A stretch of 32,000 bases of DNA, from assembly GCA_942493105.1 (NCBI GenBank), contig OW818668.1, positions 1,350,001 through 1,382,000 on the forward strand, given 5' to 3'. The notes below the pieces were generated by a model. That model made no database searches. It was not told the DNA's origin and was given only the letters and a program-made list of their open reading frames with translations. Numbering within the stretch: the stretch's first letter is position 1; every line of letters begins with the position of its first letter. The translations under genes and the position numbers were made by a program. This stretch comes from an uncultured Erysipelotrichaceae bacterium. Lineage in GTDB: Bacteria; Bacillota_I; Bacilli_A; Erysipelotrichales; Erysipelotrichaceae. This document shows positions 7,792-17,123 of this stretch, in pieces.

Positions 7792-9019
7792 TACCTTACT
7801 GATTGCGGTCAGACATCAAAATAACCCTGATTTTGAACTAGAGGTCCAAGAAACCGTTCAATTGATCGAAGCCTGTGATTTGACCCATTGTATGACGGTC
7901 ATTCAGGGCATGGAAGAAAAAAACGTTGCGACCTATTTTAAAAGCGGAAAACTTGAAGAAATCAGACAACATATCGAAGCTCAAAACATAAATGTCGTGG
8001 TGACTCAAGATGAGTTGAGTCCTTCTCAACATCGTAATTTAACCGAGATTTTAGAAACTGAAATCATCGATCGAACGCATTTGATCTTGTTGATCTTTGC
8101 GAAAAGAGCCAAGAGCCGTGAAGCTCAGCTTCAAGTTGAAGTCGCTACTTTACAATATCTATTACCTAGAACGATGATGACCTATCATTCAGTAGGACGT
8201 CAAAGATCAGGAGGAGCCCGTAATAAAGGCTCAGGCGAACAATTTGCTGAACTTAAGCGCAGAACTTCTAAACATTTACTCGATAAAGCAACAGAAGCCC
8301 TTAAAGCCATGGAGATACAGCGCGAGACTCAAAGACGTGCACGTCAAAAGAATCAGGTCTTTACCTGTGCTTTGGTTGGTTACACCAATGCGGGAAAATC
8401 AACTTTGCTCAATGCGTTGGTGACCTATACGGGTCAATCGGATGATAAGAAAGTATCGATGAAGAATCGCTTGTTTGAAACTTTACAGACGGCTTCACGT
8501 TCAATTACGCTCAAAGGCAATCCCATGATCGTGACAGATACAGTTGGATTCGTATCCCATTTACCACATGGTTTGATCAAAGCTTTCAGATCGACTTTAG
8601 AAGAAGTCAAAGATGCTGATCTTTTGATCCATGTGGTCGACAGCAGTTCGATCTTGGCTGGAATTCAAAGTGAAATCACGATATCAACATTGACGGAGAT
8701 CGAAGCAGTGGATAAACCCATGATCACCGTCTACAATAAATCAGACATCGCCATCAGTGCTATTCCATCCATTGCCATCCCCATCAGTGCCCTCAATGGG
8801 TCCAATCTTGATGAATTGGTCGACATGATCATTTTGAAAATGAATGAGATACAGCCTTTGTATACCTATCTGATCCCTTATGATCAAGCTCATTTACTTG
8901 AAAAACTGAAGAAAGAAAGTCAAGTGGTCAGTACTTTGAATACCGATGATGGCTTTGTGATTTCAGTGAGATCGCATGAAATCTTACCTAGTTTTAAAAC
9001 TTATTTAAAAACCAAGTAA
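7784..9019 (+). CDS. hflX: GTPase HflX
   Basis: HflX N-domain (DRTHLILLIFAKRAKSREAQLQVEVATLQYLLPR). G1 is GYTNAGKSTLLNAL and G3 is DTVGF. The TTG start overlaps the murB stop by 8 nt. Confidence 0.9.
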   Translation: MINTLLIAVRHQNNPDFELEVQETVQLIEACDLTHCMTVIQGMEEKNVATYFKSGKLEEIRQHIEAQNINVVVTQDELSPSQHRNLTEILETEIIDRTHLILLIFAKRAKSREAQLQVEVATLQYLLPRTMMTYHSVGRQRSGGARNKGSGEQFAELKRRTSKHLLDKATEALKAMEIQRETQRRARQKNQVFTCALVGYTNAGKSTLLNALVTYTGQSDDKKVSMKNRLFETLQTASRSITLKGNPMIVTDTVGFVSHLPHGLIKAFRSTLEEVKDADLLIHVVDSSSILAGIQSEITISTLTEIEAVDKPMITVYNKSDIAISAIPSIAIPISALNGSNLDELVDMIILKMNEIQPLYTYLIPYDQAHLLEKLKKESQVVSTLNTDDGFVISVRSHEILPSFKTYLKTK

Positions 9020-9044
9020 GATCAAATCAATAAAAAACATAAAT

Positions 9045-9071
9045 AGGTGTTCAAATGAGCACCTTTTTTCT
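9045..9071 (+). terminator. Rho-independent terminator after hflX
   Basis: AGGTGTTCA / TGAGCACCT stem (one G-U pair) followed by TTTTTTCT. Confidence 0.6.
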
Positions 9072-9096
9072 TGATATGATAAAATAAATAAGACTT

Positions 9097-10215
9097 ATGA
9101 TCTATCTCGACTATAGTGCCACAACCCCCATTGATCCTCGGGTCATTGAAAAGTGGGTCAGTGTTGAAACCAACTTTTATGCCAATGCCAACAGCGACCA
9201 TGTTTTAGGTCGCGAAAGCAAACGTAACAATGATGAATCGATCCGTATCATCGCGGATTATTTTAAGGTGTTGCCTAAAGAAGTGATCATCATGTCATCT
9301 GCTGTAGAAGCCAATAACACAGCCATCAAAGGCTTGGCTTTAAAGTTTCCGCATAAGAAACATATCATTTCATCTGCTTTGGAACATGCCTCTTTGATAG
9401 GAGCCTTAAGTTACCTGGACCAAAATGATTATGATATCGAAACCTTGGGATTAGATGAAGAAGGCCGTTATGATCTAGATCAACTGAATTTAATGATCAG
9501 AGAAGATACCTTAATGGTCACGTTGATTGGAGTTGATTCTGAAACAGGGATCAGACAACCGATTGAAGAAGCAGGGAAACTTTGTCATCAACATAAGGTA
9601 TTCTTTCATTCAGATATCACGCAACTTGTTGGAAAAGGACATTTTGATCTCTCAGACATCGATTTGGCCAGTGCTTCTGCTCATAAAGTTTATGGGCCTA
9701 AAGGAGTCGCTGTTCTTATTAAGAAAGCTTCTGTGCCTTTGATTCCTTTGCTTCATGGCGGACATAGTTTTACCCCATATCGTGCGTCGACTCCGCAAAA
9801 CGGTTTAGTGGCTGCATTTGCGGAAGCTTTACGTTTATCAGCCCTTGAATTTGATGAACGTTTCATCAAAGTTGAGAAGCTGAATGATTATCTTAGAAGC
9901 AAACTTGAAGGTTTTGAAGAGATCCACATCAATTCAAATCAACATTCGATCCCCCATCTTTTCAACATCAGTATTCTAGGATCAAGACCTGAAGAAGGTC
10001 TGGCTTATTTTTCTGATCATGGGCTTTGTTTTTCATCTAAGAGCGCTTGCAGCGGTCAAGACGAATTTTCTGCCTCGGTCTATGCGATTACCAGAGATCA
10101 AGCTTTGGCCTCATCATCGTATCGTATCAGTCTCTCACACTTGACCAGTGTGGAAGAGTTGGATAGCTTCATCAAGATCATGGAGACCTATTTGGAAAAA
10201 TTATGCGAAAAATAG
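9097..10215 (+). CDS. Cysteine desulfurase (class V aminotransferase, NifS/IscS-like)
   Basis: PLP-lysine motif SASAHKVYGPKG and catalytic-loop cysteine SSKSACSG. N-terminal MIYLDYSATTP. No SD; TGATAAAAT (9078-9086, hexamer 9081-9086) lies 10 nt upstream of the ATG. Confidence 0.85.
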   Translation: MIYLDYSATTPIDPRVIEKWVSVETNFYANANSDHVLGRESKRNNDESIRIIADYFKVLPKEVIIMSSAVEANNTAIKGLALKFPHKKHIISSALEHASLIGALSYLDQNDYDIETLGLDEEGRYDLDQLNLMIREDTLMVTLIGVDSETGIRQPIEEAGKLCHQHKVFFHSDITQLVGKGHFDLSDIDLASASAHKVYGPKGVAVLIKKASVPLIPLLHGGHSFTPYRASTPQNGLVAAFAEALRLSALEFDERFIKVEKLNDYLRSKLEGFEEIHINSNQHSIPHLFNISILGSRPEEGLAYFSDHGLCFSSKSACSGQDEFSASVYAITRDQALASSSYRISLSHLTSVEELDSFIKIMETYLEKLCEK

Positions 10216-10463
10216 TCATTGTATCAGCAGTATGGTGCCATGCTTGTCTCACCATGCGTAAACGCATCAAGGCAATAAAAGAAAAATATCCGCAATGGAT
10301 CTGGGTCGACCTTGACTTGGATCTGGATGATGAGCTTGTCCTTCCTTTAAATGTTGGTAAACTGATTCCTGTCTTTATTATTTATGAAAACGACATTGAA
10401 GTGAAGAGAATCGCTGGCGAAATGAGCCAAGACGCGTTAGAAAGCGAACTAAACCATGTTTAA
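10203..10463 (+). CDS. Mini-thioredoxin-like protein (WCHAC)
   Basis: 86 aa with VIVSAVWCHAC (WCxxC) and a cis-Pro region LIPVFIIY. The start overlaps the desulfurase gene by 13 nt. Confidence 0.7.
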   Translation: MRKIVIVSAVWCHACLTMRKRIKAIKEKYPQWIWVDLDLDLDDELVLPLNVGKLIPVFIIYENDIEVKRIAGEMSQDALESELNHV

Positions 10464-11640
10464 GAAAACCCTTGTGGTTTTAGCGATATTATCAGCCTTA
10501 TTTTCAATGATGATCACGACTAAAGCCTATGATAAGACCCATATGTATTTCTTCTATGCCCAAGGCTGTATTACCTGTGCGGCTGAAGATAAATATTTGA
10601 TCGAACTTGAAGCTAAAGATCCAAATCTTGTGATTCACAGATATGAGATTGCCTTTGATAAAGAAGGTCAAAAGTTGGTCAAACAACTCGATGAGATCCT
10701 CAACATCAAAATCAAATCGACGCCAACTTTAGTCATAGGACGTAAAACCATCGTTGGTTTTTCAAAGAATTCAACAGAATCTACGATAGAAAGTTCAATC
10801 GATTTTTTCCGTAAAAACAATGTGCGAGATGTGATAGGGGAACTGTTAGGGTATGTGGCGCCTGGTGAGGGGGTCGATATCGATCCGACAGATGGTACGA
10901 TCAAAGTCCCGTTTTTTGGTGAAATCAATGCTAAAACCATATCTTTGCCTTTATTAGCGGTCGTTTTGGGAACATTAGACGGCTTCAATCCTTGTGCGAT
11001 GTGGGTCTTATTGCTTTTGATCAGTATGCTGTTTCATCTTGAACAGACCTGGAAGAAATGGTTCTTAGGAGGACTTTTCTTAGCGACCACGGCCATCATG
11101 TATTTTATGTTCATGTTGACTTGGCTCAATATTACCTTGCTTTTTGGAACCATTACGTACATTCGTTTGTTGATTGCTGCCATTGCCTTGATTGGTGGGA
11201 TCGTCAACATTAGAACTTATCTGAAAACAAAACCGGGTTGCGAAGTCATCGATGATCGCAAACGCAAAAAAATATCCGTCCGTATCAAGCAGATCTTTGC
11301 CCAACCGGTCTTGGTCCTGGCTTCCATTGGAGTCATTGTTTTGGCCATTAGTGTCAACTTGGTTGAACTGATCTGTTCAGCGGGTTTACCGGTCATTTAT
11401 ACGCAAGTTTTATCGATCCAAAATCTAAGTGGGATCCAATATATTTTATATCTTCTTTTATACTTGCTATTCTTTATGGCGGATGATATCATCATTTTCG
11501 TCATCGCAATGAAGACAGCACAACTCACAGGTATCTCTACGAAGTATTCCCGTAACGCGCACTTAATTGGAGGAATCTTAATGATTATTCTAGGCATCAT
11601 GATGGTTTTTAAACCAGAATGGCTGATGCTTCAATTCTAA
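10456..11640 (+). CDS. Exported glutaredoxin/thioredoxin-like domain fused to a CcdA/DsbD-like polytopic membrane domain
   Basis: Signal peptide MFKKTLVVLAILSALFSMMITTKA. Exported domain with YAQGCITC (CxxC) and TPTLVIG (cis-Pro). About 6 TM helices follow, with intramembrane cysteines in GFNPCAMW and ELICSAGLP. The start overlaps the upstream gene by 8 nt. Confidence 0.6.
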   Translation: MFKKTLVVLAILSALFSMMITTKAYDKTHMYFFYAQGCITCAAEDKYLIELEAKDPNLVIHRYEIAFDKEGQKLVKQLDEILNIKIKSTPTLVIGRKTIVGFSKNSTESTIESSIDFFRKNNVRDVIGELLGYVAPGEGVDIDPTDGTIKVPFFGEINAKTISLPLLAVVLGTLDGFNPCAMWVLLLLISMLFHLEQTWKKWFLGGLFLATTAIMYFMFMLTWLNITLLFGTITYIRLLIAAIALIGGIVNIRTYLKTKPGCEVIDDRKRKKISVRIKQIFAQPVLVLASIGVIVLAISVNLVELICSAGLPVIYTQVLSIQNLSGIQYILYLLLYLLFFMADDIIIFVIAMKTAQLTGISTKYSRNAHLIGGILMIILGIMMVFKPEWLMLQF

Positions 11641-11641
11641 G

Positions 11642-11669
11642 TTGTCAAGCGTGGAAATAAGTCTATAAT
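11642..11669 (+). promoter_or_regulatory. Sigma-A-type promoter of the polyamine operon
   Basis: TTGTCA (11642-11647), 16-nt spacer, TATAAT (11664-11669), about 25 nt upstream of the speA start. Confidence 0.5.
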
Positions 11670-11690
11670 GGGGTTGTAAAAAGAGACAGG

Positions 11691-13145
11691 GTGAAGATGA
11701 AAAATACACAAGACAGAGCACCTATTGCGGAAGCACTGATCAAAAACGTCTCCAAAAGAACAGTCAGTTTTGATGTTCCAGGACACAAACAAGGTCAAGG
11801 CAATCCCTTGCTTAGGAATTTTTTGGGCCAACAAGCCCTACAGTATGATGTCAATAGCCGTCGTGACTTGGACAATTTGATCCATCCTACCGGCGTTATA
11901 TTAGAAGCAGAAAAACTGGCAGCCAAAGCCTTTAAAGCAGGACATGCCTTTTTTATTGTGAATGGGACTTCGGCTGCTGTTCAAACGATGGTCATGAGTG
12001 TTGCCAAAAAAGATGAAAAAATCATCATGCCCAGAAACGTTCACAGAAGTGCCATCAATGCCTTGATCTTAACAGGGGCTGTACCTGTGTATGTCAATCC
12101 TGGTATTGATTTAAATTTGGGAATTTCACTGGGCATGAGCGTCAAAGATGTTGCCTTGGCGATTGAAGAACATCCCGATGCCAAAGCTGTTTTTGTCAAC
12201 AATCCGACGTATTACGGCATCTGTTCAAATCTCAGCGCCATCGTTGAGTTGGCGCATGCTCATAAGATGAAAGTTATTGTTGATGAAGCCCATGGGACAC
12301 ATTTTTCTTTCAATAAAAAATTGCCGATCAGTGGTATGGCCGCCAAAGCTGATATGTCGGCAGTCAGTATGCATAAGACAGGGGGTTCTTTGACCCAGTC
12401 TTCTTTCTTATTGATCAAAGATGATAAAGATACCAACCGTGTTCGTAAGATCTTAAATTTGACCCATACGACCAGCGGTTCTTACTTATTGACTGCTTCT
12501 TTGGATATCGCACGTAAATATCTCGCTTTAAACGGCGAAAAACTATTTGATAAGGTCATTGAATTAGCGGATTATGCCCGCGGTGAAATCAATGAGATCG
12601 AAGGGTATTATGCCTTTGGACGCGAGATCATCAATGGGGATACCATCTATGATTTTGATACCACCAAACTCTCCGTCAATACCGCAGGGACAGGCCTCAA
12701 TGGGATCGAAGTGTATGATCTCCTGCGTGAAAAATATGATATCCAAATTGAATTTGGAGATCTTGGGAATATATTGGCGATGATCTCAATGGGGGATACG
12801 ATGCCCAAAGTTGAACGTTTGATTGGAGCCTTAGATGACATCAATGATGTGTATGCGAAAGACTCGATCTTACTGAAGACTCAAGAATACATCCATCCAA
12901 TCGTCAGATTGACACCAATGGAAGCTTTTAATGCCAAACAAAAGAAAATCAAACTTTTAAATAGTGCAGGTCGCATCAGTGGAGAATCTGTGATGGCTTA
13001 TCCACCTGGTATCCCAGTGCTTGCCCCTGGTGAAGAAATCACCTCTGGTGCCATTGATTACATCTTATATGCGAAAGCGCACGGTAGTTTCATTACCGGT
13101 ATGGAAGATGACAGTTTAGAAACCATTAAGGTTTTGGAGGTCTAA
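11691..13145 (+). CDS. speA: Arginine (Orn/Lys/Arg family) decarboxylase, biosynthetic
   Basis: FDVPGHKQG and the PLP-lysine block SAVSMHKTGGSLTQSS. The ~484-aa size resembles Bacillus SpeA. The start is either GTG 11691 or ATG 11697. Confidence 0.85.
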   Translation: MKMKNTQDRAPIAEALIKNVSKRTVSFDVPGHKQGQGNPLLRNFLGQQALQYDVNSRRDLDNLIHPTGVILEAEKLAAKAFKAGHAFFIVNGTSAAVQTMVMSVAKKDEKIIMPRNVHRSAINALILTGAVPVYVNPGIDLNLGISLGMSVKDVALAIEEHPDAKAVFVNNPTYYGICSNLSAIVELAHAHKMKVIVDEAHGTHFSFNKKLPISGMAAKADMSAVSMHKTGGSLTQSSFLLIKDDKDTNRVRKILNLTHTTSGSYLLTASLDIARKYLALNGEKLFDKVIELADYARGEINEIEGYYAFGREIINGDTIYDFDTTKLSVNTAGTGLNGIEVYDLLREKYDIQIEFGDLGNILAMISMGDTMPKVERLIGALDDINDVYAKDSILLKTQEYIHPIVRLTPMEAFNAKQKKIKLLNSAGRISGESVMAYPPGIPVLAPGEEITSGAIDYILYAKAHGSFITGMEDDSLETIKVLEV

Positions 13146-13999
13146 TGGAACTTTGGTTTACGGAAGAACATTCCGATGATGTCCGTTTTTCGATACGTAT
13201 CGTTAGACAACTCTTTTCTAAACGTTCAAAGTTTCAACAGATCGATATCTTTGAATCCAAAGAATTTGGAAAAGTCTTGGTTTTAGATGACTCGATCGTC
13301 ATCACCGAAAAAGATGAATTCATTTATCATGAAATGATGGTGCATGTGGCTTGTGCAGCTAACCCTGATCTGCGTAAAGTATTGGTCATAGGAGGTTCTA
13401 ATGGTGGTTGTGTACGTGAACTGATCAAATATCCTTTCATCGAGAAAATCGATGTGGTCGAAGCGGATGACGAACTGATCAAAGCCTGTAAAGTTCATTT
13501 TCCAAAAATGAACAAGTCGTTTGAAGATCCTCGAGTATCTATGATTGTTTCTGATGGATTAAAATATGTCCGAAAACTGGATAATATATATGATTTGATC
13601 TTGGTGGATTCAACGGATCCTTTTGGACCCAATGAAACTTTCTTTACGAGAGAATTCTATGGGAATTGCTTTACAGCACTGACACGCCAAGGCATCTTGG
13701 TGACCCAACAAGAATCACCGTTTTATCCGCAAACTGCAGCAGCCATGGTTCGCGCTGTGACCCGTATGAAAGAACTCTTTGGGATCTTAAAACTGTATCA
13801 AGCCCAGATCCCGTCTTATCCATCAGGCCATTGGCTCTTCTCATTTGCGAGTAAAGATGCTCATCCGCTCAAAGATCTAGATCCTGTTTTTTGGAAAGAA
13901 CTAAAAGTTAAGACCCGTTATTATAATGAAGAGATTCATGGGGGATGCTTTGCATTACCCAACTATATCAAGGAGGACATACTCAGTGAAGTTAAATGA
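13145..13999 (+). CDS. speE: Spermidine synthase (polyamine aminopropyltransferase)
   Basis: MELWFTE..., VLVIGGSNGGCVRE and DSTDPFGP motifs. The start overlaps the speA stop (TAATG). Confidence 0.9.
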   Translation: MELWFTEEHSDDVRFSIRIVRQLFSKRSKFQQIDIFESKEFGKVLVLDDSIVITEKDEFIYHEMMVHVACAANPDLRKVLVIGGSNGGCVRELIKYPFIEKIDVVEADDELIKACKVHFPKMNKSFEDPRVSMIVSDGLKYVRKLDNIYDLILVDSTDPFGPNETFFTREFYGNCFTALTRQGILVTQQESPFYPQTAAAMVRAVTRMKELFGILKLYQAQIPSYPSGHWLFSFASKDAHPLKDLDPVFWKELKVKTRYYNEEIHGGCFALPNYIKEDILSEVK

Positions 14000-14852
14000 A
14001 AATATTTCAACCTTTGTGGGTTGTAAGACAAGTTATGAAGATGCTGAAATCGTATTGTTTGGAGCTCCGTTTGACTCAACCACATCCTATCGTCCAGGAA
14101 CACGTTTTGGACCTTCTGCGATCAGAACGGAATCCATTGGATTAGAAACCTATTCGCCTTACAGTGATGGTGATTTGACCGATTGTAAAGTATTTGACTC
14201 AGGTGATTTGATTTTGCCTTTTGGATCTGCTGAAAGAGCATTGGATGAGATCTATGATCGAACCAAAAACATCTTAGACGATCATAAGATCCCCTTTATG
14301 ATCGGGGGTGAACATACGGTCACCTTTGGTGCTTTTAGAGCCGTATTTGAAAAATATCCGGATGTCCATATGATTCATTTTGATGCGCATACAGATCTAA
14401 GAGACACTTATTATGGAGAATATCTATCGCATGCGACGGTCATCCGACGTTGCCATGACTTAACAGGCGATAAGAAAATCTATCATTTTGGATTAAGAAG
14501 CGGAGCTAAAGATGAATTTGTATTCGCTCAAGAACATGATATCTTAGAGAAACACAGCTGCAAGACATTAGATCATGTGTTACCGCAACTTAAAGATAAA
14601 CCTGTCTACATCACCATCGATTTGGATTGTTTGGATCCATCCTTCTTCCCGGGTACAGGCACTCCTGAAAGCGGAGGCATCAGTTTCATGGAACTCTTGG
14701 ATTCAGTCTTAAAGATGAGTCATCTCAATGTCGTCGGGATGGACATCAATGAATTGTCTCCGATGTATGATCTGTCCCAAGCTTCAACGGCCTTAGCGTG
14801 TAAATTGACCCGTGAAAGCTTGATTGCCTTATCCTTGAATCGTCAACGTTAA
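13986..14852 (+). CDS. speB: Agmatinase
   Basis: Ureohydrolase Mn-ligand blocks GGEHTVT, HFDAHTDLR and ITIDLDCLDP. I prefer GTG 13986, which has AGGAGG 9 nt upstream. The track ORF's earlier ATG at 13926 lies inside speE. Confidence 0.85.
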   Translation: MKLNENISTFVGCKTSYEDAEIVLFGAPFDSTTSYRPGTRFGPSAIRTESIGLETYSPYSDGDLTDCKVFDSGDLILPFGSAERALDEIYDRTKNILDDHKIPFMIGGEHTVTFGAFRAVFEKYPDVHMIHFDAHTDLRDTYYGEYLSHATVIRRCHDLTGDKKIYHFGLRSGAKDEFVFAQEHDILEKHSCKTLDHVLPQLKDKPVYITIDLDCLDPSFFPGTGTPESGGISFMELLDSVLKMSHLNVVGMDINELSPMYDLSQASTALACKLTRESLIALSLNRQR

Positions 14853-14875
14853 AGAGCCCATCGGGCTCTTTTTTT
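14853..14875. terminator. Hairpin terminator between convergent speB and mscL
   Basis: AGAGCCC-atc-GGGCTCT followed by T7 on the + strand. It is preceded by AAA, so it may be weakly bidirectional. Confidence 0.7.
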
Positions 14876-14890
14876 ACATGATAAGTTCTT

Positions 14891-15307
14891 TTACTTCTTT
14901 TCTAATAAAACTTTGATGTCTTTGAGTATGCTGAGTTCATTTTCAACAGGTGCAACTGGTTCTGCAGCAATCGCTGCTTTAGCATCTTCTTTGCGTTTGA
15001 GTTTGGCTAATGCTCTGATCATGATGAAGATCGAAAAGGCGATGATCAAGAAATCAACGACGTTTTTAATAAAATTTCCGGCCATGATGGCTACTTCAGC
15101 TTTGGCTTCTGTCGCTTCTACCAACACAAATTTGATGTCGCTAAAATTTAATCCCCCAGTCAATACGGATACGATTGGCATGATCAAATCGTTGACCAAA
15201 GATGATACGATCTTCCCAAAGGCAGAACCGATGATGACCCCAATGGCCAAATCCATCACATTGCCTTTTGATGCGAAATCTTTGAATTCTTTAAAAAACT
15301 GTTTCAT
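14891..15307 (-). CDS. mscL: Large-conductance mechanosensitive channel
   Basis: MKQFFKEFKDFASKGNVMDLAIGVIIGSAFGKIVSSLVNDLIMPI is the canonical MscL N-terminus. The ATG at 15307 has SD AAAGAGGAA. The longer track ORF adds 38 unlikely codons. Confidence 0.9.
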   Translation of the reverse strand: MKQFFKEFKDFASKGNVMDLAIGVIIGSAFGKIVSSLVNDLIMPIVSVLTGGLNFSDIKFVLVEATEAKAEVAIMAGNFIKNVVDFLIIAFSIFIMIRALAKLKRKEDAKAAIAAEPVAPVENELSILKDIKVLLEKK

Positions 15308-15371
15308 GGTGTTCCTCTTTCCTCTGGCTTTATTATAGCGCTGTGGTAGAATAAAAACCAGTGAGGTAAGT

Positions 15372-16113
15372 ATGGAAAAACTCTGGATATTAGGACCTCT
15401 TGTCTTTCTGGCCGGATTCATTGATTCGATTGCCGGAGGTGGAGGACTGATCTCATTACCAGCCTATATTTTTGCGGGGATACCCATTCATTTGGCGATG
15501 GGGACCAATAAACTATCCTCATCGATCGGGACGTTTACCGCATCGATCACTTTTTTTATCCATAAGAAAATCTGGATCAAACTAGCCCTAGTGTCCGCTT
15601 TGTTTGCCTTAGTGGGTTCGTGGATTGGTGCCAGTATGGCACTATGGGTCTCAGAAACAGCCCTTAAGACGGTTTTGATCTTTGTGCTTGCCTGTGATGG
15701 CTCTGTTTGTCTTAAGACCCCGTAAAGAAGTCGTGATCAGTCCTAAAGATAAATTTCCTTGGGCACAGATCACCCTTATTACTTTTTTAGTTGGAATGTA
15801 TGATGGATTCATTGGACCTGGGACAGGCAGTATGTTGATCTTTGGCTTTGTGTCTGTGATTGGGATGAGTTATACCCAAGCATCAGCCAATGCCAAGTTG
15901 GTTAATTTAGCGTCAGGCATTGCTGCACTCATTACTTTTGGATTCAGTGCTCAAGTTGATGTGGTGCTTGGACTTAGTGCAGCTTTATTTAGTATCACAG
16001 GGAATGTTGCGGGTTCTTTGATGGCCGTCAAATATGGTAAGAAATTGATTCAGCCTTTACTGATCGTTGTCTTTGGGATCTTGATGATCAAGATGATACT
16101 GGATGTGCTCTAA
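15372..16113 (+). pseudogene. TSUP/TauE-SafE family anion permease interrupted by a +1 frameshift (two ORFs, 15372-15725 and 15682-16113)
   Basis: The N-terminal half (FIDSIAGGGGLISLPAY...GTNKL) and C-terminal half (YDGFIGPGTGSMLIFGF...ANAKLVNL) are the two internal repeats of one TSUP protein. The frames switch near 15685-15692. Removing one base (e.g. g15690) gives ...VLIFVLPVMALFVLRP... Confidence 0.75.
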
Positions 16114-16116
16114 CTT

Positions 16117-16674
16117 ATGAAAATTTGTATCATTGATTTTGAAACAGCCAATAATCATCCAGCCAGTGCCTGCAGTATTGGACTTGTCGTTTTTGAAGAA
16201 GGCGTAGTGATTTATGAAGGTGTATACTTGATCAAACCGGATCCTGATCATGCCTTTTTTGATCCCTTCAATATTTCCATCCATGGCATTCAGTCTGAAG
16301 ACGTTGAAAATGCACTCACCTTTGAAGAATTGTGGCCGCTATTAAGACCTTGGTTTCATCAGAACCTATTGGTGGCCCATAATGCGATGTTTGATATGGG
16401 TGTCCTAAATGCCTTACTGATTCAATATGGCATTTCTAAACCATTGTGTACCTATATTGATACGGTTGAGATTGCCCGTCGTTTATGGCCTTTTTTACCC
16501 AATCATCGCTTAAATACTGTTTGCGAATATTTAGGTATAGAACTAAATCATCATGAGGCTTTAAGTGATGCCCGTGGTTCAGCCTTGATCTTGATGAATG
16601 CCATGGTTACTGTGGAAGATTTCGACATCAATTCTTTCATAATGCATTTAAAACTGAAAGAAAGAGCCCTGTAA
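16117..16674 (+). CDS. 3'-5' exonuclease, DEDDh (DnaQ/epsilon-like) family
   Basis: ExoI ICIIDFETAN, ExoII LVAHNAMFDMGVL and ExoIII HHEALSDARG motifs. Confidence 0.8.
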   Translation: MKICIIDFETANNHPASACSIGLVVFEEGVVIYEGVYLIKPDPDHAFFDPFNISIHGIQSEDVENALTFEELWPLLRPWFHQNLLVAHNAMFDMGVLNALLIQYGISKPLCTYIDTVEIARRLWPFLPNHRLNTVCEYLGIELNHHEALSDARGSALILMNAMVTVEDFDINSFIMHLKLKERAL

Positions 16675-16730
16675 GAACATTCTTGTTTACATTTCTCTTT
16701 TCATCTTTTACAATGAGAGGTGAGGTGTGT

Positions 16731-17123
16731 ATGAGTCAACTTGAAAACAATGCCTTTTTCTGGCAAAAACTGGATACCCTATATTTCTCTTCGTCCATCA
16801 TTATTACGCAACCTGCAGGATCTGCGCATCCTCAGTATGGTAACCTTATCTATCCGGTCGATTACGGTTATTTAAGCGATACCGTAAGTCAGGATGAGAC
16901 TGGGATCTCGATCTATAAGGGTACTTTATCGGCCAATCAAGTCAATACGATCTTGGTTGCGGCTGATATCTTAAAAAAAGACATCGAAGTTAAACTTCTG
17001 GTAGGCTGTTCAGTCCAAGAAGAAGATGCGATCTTAAGATTTACCAATCAAACAGACTTTCAGAAAACTGTCTTACTTAGACGAGGCACTGAAGTTCCGT
17101 CTTGGGGATTCTCCGAACAATAA
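16731..17123 (+). CDS. Small pyrophosphatase-fold-like protein (uncertain function)
   Basis: 130 aa. GSAHPQYGNLIYPVDYGYLSDT resembles the Y-P-x-x-Y-G-x-hydrophobic core block of family-I inorganic pyrophosphatase-like small proteins. ATG 16731 follows SD GAGGTGAGGTG. The track ORF's TTG at 16683 is unlikely. Confidence 0.45.
   Translation: MSQLENNAFFWQKLDTLYFSSSIIITQPAGSAHPQYGNLIYPVDYGYLSDTVSQDETGISIYKGTLSANQVNTILVAADILKKDIEVKLLVGCSVQEEDAILRFTNQTDFQKTVLLRRGTEVPSWGFSEQ

Noticed and set aside
10504-11600. Several reverse-strand ORFs (10504-10686, 10668-10988, 11080-11304, 11397-11600)
   Set aside because: All lie antisense inside the 394-aa membrane-protein gene. They have no motifs and no start signals. 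They are shadow ORFs of an AT-rich membrane-protein gene.
13926-13985. Upstream extension of speB (track ORF start ATG 13926)
   Set aside because: The extension lies wholly inside speE and encodes non-homologous residues. GTG 13986 has a perfect AGGAGG SD and gives the normal agmatinase N-terminus.
14913-15338. 141-aa + strand ORF (MMSLSMLSSFSTGATGSAAIAALASS...)
   Set aside because: It is entirely antisense to the clearly recognisable mscL gene. Its low-complexity Ala/Ser/Leu composition is typical of a shadow ORF, and it has no SD.
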